In this document: positions 59,382 to 64,000 of the stretch, in pieces
How positions within the stretch are numbered: position 1 is the stretch's first letter
Layout: each line of letters starts with the position of its first letter
Origin: an uncultured Candidatus Saccharibacteria bacterium
GTDB lineage: Bacteria > Patescibacteriota > Minisyncoccia > 2-02-FULL-40-12 > GWA2-44-9
Reading direction: 5' to 3'
Assembly: GCA_964436165.1 (NCBI GenBank)
Contig: CAYTBY010000001.1
Coordinates: 73,452-137,451, forward strand
Length of the DNA: 64,000 nt
Program-made: the position numbers and the translations under genes
The notes under the pieces: generated by a model
Database searches by the model: none
What the model was told of the DNA's origin: nothing
The model's input: only the letters and a program-made list of their open reading frames with translations

Positions 59382-59588
59382 ATGCGGTATATAGTCAAGG
59401 TTAAATTAAATAAGGATTTTGTCGAGGTAAATGGCGACGAGATAACTGTCGGTATAAAGGCAAAACTGGAGAAGGGGAGGGCCAATGAGGAATTAATAAA
59501 AAAACTGGCTAGGTACTTTAAGATACCAGCTTCGTCGGTCAAAATTGTCTCCGGCCGGACATCCAGGAGAAAGGTGATTAGCTTCTAA
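59382..59588 (+). CDS. DUF167 (YggU-like) protein
   Basis: GRANEELIK.LA.YF, IVSGRTSRRK. Confidence 0.88.
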   Translation: MRYIVKVKLNKDFVEVNGDEITVGIKAKLEKGRANEELIKKLARYFKIPASSVKIVSGRTSRRKVISF

Positions 59589-59670
59589 TTAATTGCCCAC
59601 AGGTATGATGTTGCCTTATTGTATTGGTTTGTTATAACGAGGTACGAGGTAAAAATAACTTTATATAACC

Positions 59671-60084
59671 ATGCCAAAAGAAACAATCGAAACGACGAAG
59701 TCGGCTAAAAAAACCAAGGCCTATCTTATGGTTCTCTTGATCGGAGTGGCTTTGACGGTCTGGTCAGTATTTTTTAAAAATAAGAATAGCGATAATGAGT
59801 TAGTCGGGAACAAAGAGATGTCAGACGAAGAAGGAGAAGATAGCGATTTGGGCAGCGAGGTGAGCAGTTATCTGGAAGGCAGGCTTGAGAATTCGGATAA
59901 TCTGGTGCAGGGTAATTATAAACTCATGTCGGCGCTTTCCCGTATTTATATAAAAACAAGCAGGGATTTTAGTTCTTTGGTTGGTTCTGATGTCCTTGTT
60001 ACCATTGATGGCTCAACGGAAAGTTTTACCCTCCTGAATATAGAAAAAAGAGTCGAGAAGGACGGCTATATTCAGTCGCGGTAA
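59671..60084 (+). CDS. Membrane-anchored hypothetical protein
   Basis: Single TM, acidic linker, small beta domain. Confidence 0.75.
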   Translation: MPKETIETTKSAKKTKAYLMVLLIGVALTVWSVFFKNKNSDNELVGNKEMSDEEGEDSDLGSEVSSYLEGRLENSDNLVQGNYKLMSALSRIYIKTSRDFSSLVGSDVLVTIDGSTESFTLLNIEKRVEKDGYIQSR

Positions 60085-60093
60085 TCCCTCAAT

Positions 60094-60485
60094 AAAAAAA
60101 GCCCTCATCTATAGCTTCAAAAGCTAAAACTATAGATGAAGGCGGGAGAGATGAAACTCTCCCGTTGCTGGGGCGTTTAGGTCCCAGCTACCCACCGCCG
60201 GAAGGGTTGTTAACGCATAACCATCGCCACCTTTCTGATCGGCCGGACAAGCTATGAATGAGCTATCCGGGAAGCGCCCATTTGGCCTCGGCTTTTGGTA
60301 CTTGCTTATTTTTTAGGCGGACCTCTTGATCTGGCCACGTGAAATCCATTCGCGTAGCCCGTCCCGCGACATTGCGAGGACCGGGAATGTTGAGCCAGTC
60401 GGGGCTCAGAAAAGGTCTCTTCTGCTTATAGCAGTTTCGTGAGACCTTTTCTGAGCCTCTATTTGTATCACAGGAAATTGACGTT
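60094..60485 (-). ncRNA. Unidentified structured RNA (~390 nt)
   Basis: Consensus promoter at 60520-60492, many stems, terminal hairpin + T7; no long ORF. Confidence 0.6.
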
Positions 60486-60491
60486 ATTTAA

Positions 60492-60520
60492 AGTATACCA
60501 TACTACATATTATCTGTCAA
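60492..60520 (-). promoter_or_regulatory. Sigma70 promoter
   Basis: TTGACA-17 bp-TATACT with extended TG on the minus strand. Confidence 0.8.
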
Positions 60521-60558
60521 TAGCTAAAATGGCCCAGAATATGCTATAAATTAAGTAA

Positions 60559-62016
60559 ATGCTCAAAGAAAGTAGTTTAGACAAAATACTTTATAGAGTC
60601 AAGAAGCTGATTCCGGGATCAGTTTTTAATTTTTTTCAGCCGTATTATCACGCTGTCTTAGCTTATGCCGGTGCGGCTTTTTACGGTTTTCCGTCAAGAA
60701 AATTAAAAGTTATTGGTGTGACCGGAACAAAAGGCAAGTCAACCGTTGTTTATCTGGCTTCTAAATTATTAGAAGCCAGGCTTCAAGGTGGACAGAAGCC
60801 TGGCTTCGGGAAGAGTGGAGTCGCCGCTTGCGGTTCCCTTGGTTTTAAAATAAAGAGTAAGGAATGGCCAAATACTTTAAAAATGACTATGCCCGGCCGG
60901 TTTCGTCTGCAGAAACTCATGGCCGAAGCGGTTAGGGCCGGCTGTGAATACTTTATTCTTGAAGTTACCTCCGAGGGCATCAAACAGAAAAGGCATTTGG
61001 GTATTTGGTTTGATTGCGCCGTTTTTACCAATCTTCACAAAGAACATATTGAAAGCCACGGTTCATTCGAGAATTATTATCAGGCCAAGCAGGAATTATT
61101 CAGGCGGACAAAAAATATCCATGTTATCAATGCCGATGACCAGTATACCAAATTATTAGGTGATTTTCCGGCTGAACATAAAATATTTTACGGTTTTACC
61201 AAAGGTGACTTGGTTGCCGGTAATTTAAAACTTTCTGATCTCGGTTCTTCTTTTGAGGTTTATGGTACGACTTATAATATCCACCTGGCCGGGAAGTTTA
61301 ATATTTTAAATTGTCTGGCTGTTTTATCGATCGGCGCGATGTATGGCATAGATCTGCCCTCGGCAAAACATATACTAGAATCAGTCAAATTTATCCCTGG
61401 CAGAATGGAGTTTATCCCTGCCTTCGTTAAAACTTCGGCGGGCGAGCAAAAAGAACCGTTCAAGGTGGTGGTGGATTATGCACATACACCCGAGTCGTTA
61501 CGAAGTGTTTATGAAACGTTAAAAAATAGTCCTCTTTCGCGCAAGGCTTCGGAGGACGCCCAAAATACAAAACGTAAGCTTATATGTATTTTGGGCGCTG
61601 CCGGGGGCGGGAGGGACAAGTGGAAGAGGCCGGAGTTTGGGAGAATAGCGGCGCAGTACTGTGATGAAATAATTCTGACGAATGAAGACCCCTATGAAGA
61701 AAACCCAGAAGCAATTCTGGAAGAAATTGCTTCTGGGTTTTCGCAAGCGCCAAATCACAAATCATCCCGATTTTATCGAGGATCCTCGATTGCAAAGCAA
61801 TCGGGACAAATCACAAATAAATCCCAAGCTCCAAATGTCCAAAAAATTATGGATAGAAAAGAAGCCATAAAGAAGGCCTTGACTTTAGCTCAAGAGGGTG
61901 ATACTGTAATCATCACGGGCAAAGGTTCGGAGACTTCAATGGCCGTATCGGGGAATAGGAAAATTCCCTGGTCGGACAAGGGAGTTATTGAGGAGTTTTT
62001 GACGACGAAATACTGA
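60559..62016 (+). CDS. murE: UDP-MurNAc-tripeptide synthetase
   Basis: GVTGTKGKST, LEVTS, FTNL, PGRME, VDYAHTP, GGGRD, GKG; four palindromic inserts. Confidence 0.95.
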   Translation: MLKESSLDKILYRVKKLIPGSVFNFFQPYYHAVLAYAGAAFYGFPSRKLKVIGVTGTKGKSTVVYLASKLLEARLQGGQKPGFGKSGVAACGSLGFKIKSKEWPNTLKMTMPGRFRLQKLMAEAVRAGCEYFILEVTSEGIKQKRHLGIWFDCAVFTNLHKEHIESHGSFENYYQAKQELFRRTKNIHVINADDQYTKLLGDFPAEHKIFYGFTKGDLVAGNLKLSDLGSSFEVYGTTYNIHLAGKFNILNCLAVLSIGAMYGIDLPSAKHILESVKFIPGRMEFIPAFVKTSAGEQKEPFKVVVDYAHTPESLRSVYETLKNSPLSRKASEDAQNTKRKLICILGAAGGGRDKWKRPEFGRIAAQYCDEIILTNEDPYEENPEAILEEIASGFSQAPNHKSSRFYRGSSIAKQSGQITNKSQAPNVQKIMDRKEAIKKALTLAQEGDTVIITGKGSETSMAVSGNRKIPWSDKGVIEEFLTTKY

Positions 62017-62125
62017 GGTCAGCAGACCGAATGTATCCGTGAACTTTTATCTCATTTAAATTGACGATTAAACTCGGAAGGAGTATTATCTCTTCAGCAT
62101 CTGTTCTTTAAAAGGGGATTAATTA

Positions 62126-62770
62126 TTGCTGATAACGGAAGATCTGTCCCTAGATCAAATCCGAAAAAAGTACGGCAAGGCATTCCCCGGGACCAGTCCC
62201 CATCACTTAGTTCCGAGAAGTAGAAATGGAAGCGGAAGTCAGTTCAATCTTTTTCCATATAAACGAGATGCCCATTCTGCCTATCATCACATTTTCTATA
62301 ACTTAAAAATTGATGAGGTTTGGAATAATCTTTCTCAAATCCATAATTCAATATTTAGTTCCGGCAATATATATATTTACCAATGGTGGATAGCTCCTTG
62401 TTCACTTGATAGGGCAGAAGATAAAGAAAGACAAGAGTTCGAAAAACAGAAACAAAAAAGAATAAATAAATTACTGCCAGCTTCTGATTTTAAGAAAAAA
62501 TGGATTAAGTGTTTCGGCAATGATTCATTGGATCATGCCAGGGTATATCTTAAATACATGATGCTCTTTATGGTTTTTGGCGTAAATATGATTAGTCCGG
62601 ATCAGCTTTTTGATAATGGTAATTTAGCAGAATTTTTTGAAACTTCTTCGTCGAAAGGCTATCGCTTATGGGCATTTGAGATATGCTTTGGGAAAAATTA
62701 TCCCAAGGTCCAAACTATTAAAGCTAAGATAAGGAAAATAATAAAAAAAGCTACCCACTCCTCTCCATAA
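62126..62770 (+). CDS. Hypothetical protein with HNH-like motif
   Basis: HHLVPRSRNG...NL...AHSAYH. Confidence 0.7.
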   Translation: MLITEDLSLDQIRKKYGKAFPGTSPHHLVPRSRNGSGSQFNLFPYKRDAHSAYHHIFYNLKIDEVWNNLSQIHNSIFSSGNIYIYQWWIAPCSLDRAEDKERQEFEKQKQKRINKLLPASDFKKKWIKCFGNDSLDHARVYLKYMMLFMVFGVNMISPDQLFDNGNLAEFFETSSSKGYRLWAFEICFGKNYPKVQTIKAKIRKIIKKATHSSP

Positions 62771-62821
62771 CGGAGAGTTTTTATTTTTTAACTTTCTGTG
62801 ATAAAATGACCCCATACGCTG

Positions 62822-63268
62822 ATGTCCTTCTTTAAACGCAACTCATTTTCTGAAAAACGACCTAATCCGGCGGTGTTTTGGGTCATGATAATTATTCTCC
62901 TGTTGTTATTGGCCGGTTCGGTTAAAATGTTGGGCCGGTCAGATGATTTGGCGGCCAAAGTGCCGGCTCCGACACCTACCGAGAGCCGGGAACCCAGATT
63001 CTATACAGTTTCATATAAAAGCGGAGTTTTTAGTCCGACTAATTTGAGGATACATGCCGGCGATACGGTTAGATTTAAGAATGACGGTTTCTTCAGCATT
63101 CGGGTCATTTCCGATCCGCAAGTAGGGAGCAATAAAATCCCTTTGTTCGATAGTGTCGGCGATATACCCCAGGGCAGTTATTTTTCTTATACATTCGCCG
63201 AAAAAGGGATATTCGGTTATCATAATAGCAAGGACCCCGAAGAACAGGGGAGTATTATTGTAAGATAA
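62822..63268 (+). CDS. Membrane-anchored cupredoxin-fold protein
   Basis: FSPTNLRIHAGDTVRFKN, FSYTF..KG.FGYH, GSIIVR. Confidence 0.85.
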   Translation: MSFFKRNSFSEKRPNPAVFWVMIIILLLLLAGSVKMLGRSDDLAAKVPAPTPTESREPRFYTVSYKSGVFSPTNLRIHAGDTVRFKNDGFFSIRVISDPQVGSNKIPLFDSVGDIPQGSYFSYTFAEKGIFGYHNSKDPEEQGSIIVR

Positions 63269-63274
63269 ATTTCC

Positions 63275-63559
63275 GTGAAGAACCCCATTACATTTCGTGT
63301 CGAGTCATCTCTGGGGGCGGTATTTATATCGCTTCTGGCTTTCTTTTTTATTGGTTTGATGTTTATCGCCGTAAAAAACTTTGAGACCGATATTGATATT
63401 ATGACCGCTACCTCTGGCGGCAGTAAAATAACCCATCTTTCAGAATCAGAAAGATCGCTTATCTTGGAATGGGTTGAAAATAAAAATGTTGAGATTCCGG
63501 AAAGCAGCGGATATAAATATCTGGTGAGGAAATATCCCGATAGGCCTTGGCTGGACTAG
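63275..63559 (+). CDS. Membrane-anchored hypothetical protein
   Basis: Single TM; YPDRPW C-terminus. Confidence 0.65.
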   Translation: MKNPITFRVESSLGAVFISLLAFFFIGLMFIAVKNFETDIDIMTATSGGSKITHLSESERSLILEWVENKNVEIPESSGYKYLVRKYPDRPWLD

Positions 63560-63607
63560 AGAAGCTAGTAGTATGTAGTATGTAGTGGGTAGTAAGGAAA
63601 ATAAAGA

Positions 63608-64000
63608 ATGACTTTAAGATTAAATTTATTTTGGAAAGAGGTCGTTTTATTCGGCTTAACCCTGTTATTGGGTATTTTTTCTGCTTACAACTATACGCCG
63701 CTTATAGAAAAAAGCATTATCGAACCGTCGTCATTCTCCTGGGACAGCATCGTTATTTTTCTTATTTTTGCCGCCATATTTTCGCTAGTTGTTTTGAAAT
63801 TCAAGCGGATCGGCGCGGTTTCTTTCAGGTTTCTTCTTCTGCTGGTTGTTTTTTCCGGTTCTCAGACTATTTTTGGTTCTATTTTAGCCTCTCCCTGGGA
63901 TTTATTTACGGCTCTTCTGATGGTGTTTATTTTTATGTCCGTTAAAAATGTTCTTATCCATGATTTGGGGATGGTTCTGGGTATTGCCGGAATTTCGAGT
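63608..64000 (+). CDS. Probable presenilin/SPP-family intramembrane protease, N-terminal part (3' truncated)
   Basis: Hand translation MTLRLNLFWKEVVLFGLTLLLG...KNVLIHDLGMVLGIAGIS, open to the window end, multi-TM; catalytic YD/GxGD motifs lie outside the window. Confidence 0.55.
   Translation, partial: MTLRLNLFWKEVVLFGLTLLLGIFSAYNYTPLIEKSIIEPSSFSWDSIVIFLIFAAIFSLVVLKFKRIGAVSFRFLLLLVVFSGSQTIFGSILASPWDLFTALLMVFIFMSVKNVLIHDLGMVLGIAGISS

Noticed and set aside
60094-60485. tmRNA, RNase P RNA or SRP RNA
   Set aside because: No GTTCRA T-loop or CCA acceptor end, no GAGGAAAGTCC P4 motif, no SRP CAGG...GGAA...AGCAG loop. A weak T-arm-like hairpin near 60143-60164 is not sufficient.
63631-63945. 104-aa ORF from the track
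   Set aside because: A different frame starting at 63608 gives a coherent multi-TM protein open to the window end.

Overview
This is a 64-kb chromosomal segment of a Patescibacteria (CPR, Parcubacteria-like; the gene set suggests Yanofskybacteria-type, which is an inference) genome using code 11. The core genes are secA, secD/secF, aspS, murE/murF/ddl/mraY/ftsW/dacA-like/femAB, uvrB, ruvA, rpsT, a DEAD-box helicase and tRNA-Lys(TTT). They are interleaved with self-contained orphan genes, a repeat-bounded toxin island (Fic, Phd/RelE, GNAT pseudogene), and a five-gene operon (two coiled-coil proteins, a solute-binding/OmpA fusion, an ABC permease and ATPase) that converges on an ARC/Mpa-like AAA ATPase. 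The strongest unexplained signal is a set of about 15 short GC-rich palindromic elements (15-73 bp) lying in-frame inside coding sequences, mostly of conserved core proteins, and sometimes nested inside each other. Related signals: MITE-like elements inserted right after leaderless start codons, a PaaX/Cas2-fold gene bracketed by inverted palindromes with a solo palindrome of similar spacing nearby, and a roughly 390-nt structured transcript with its own promoter and terminator at 60.1-60.5 kb. All calls were made by eye; no searches were run.
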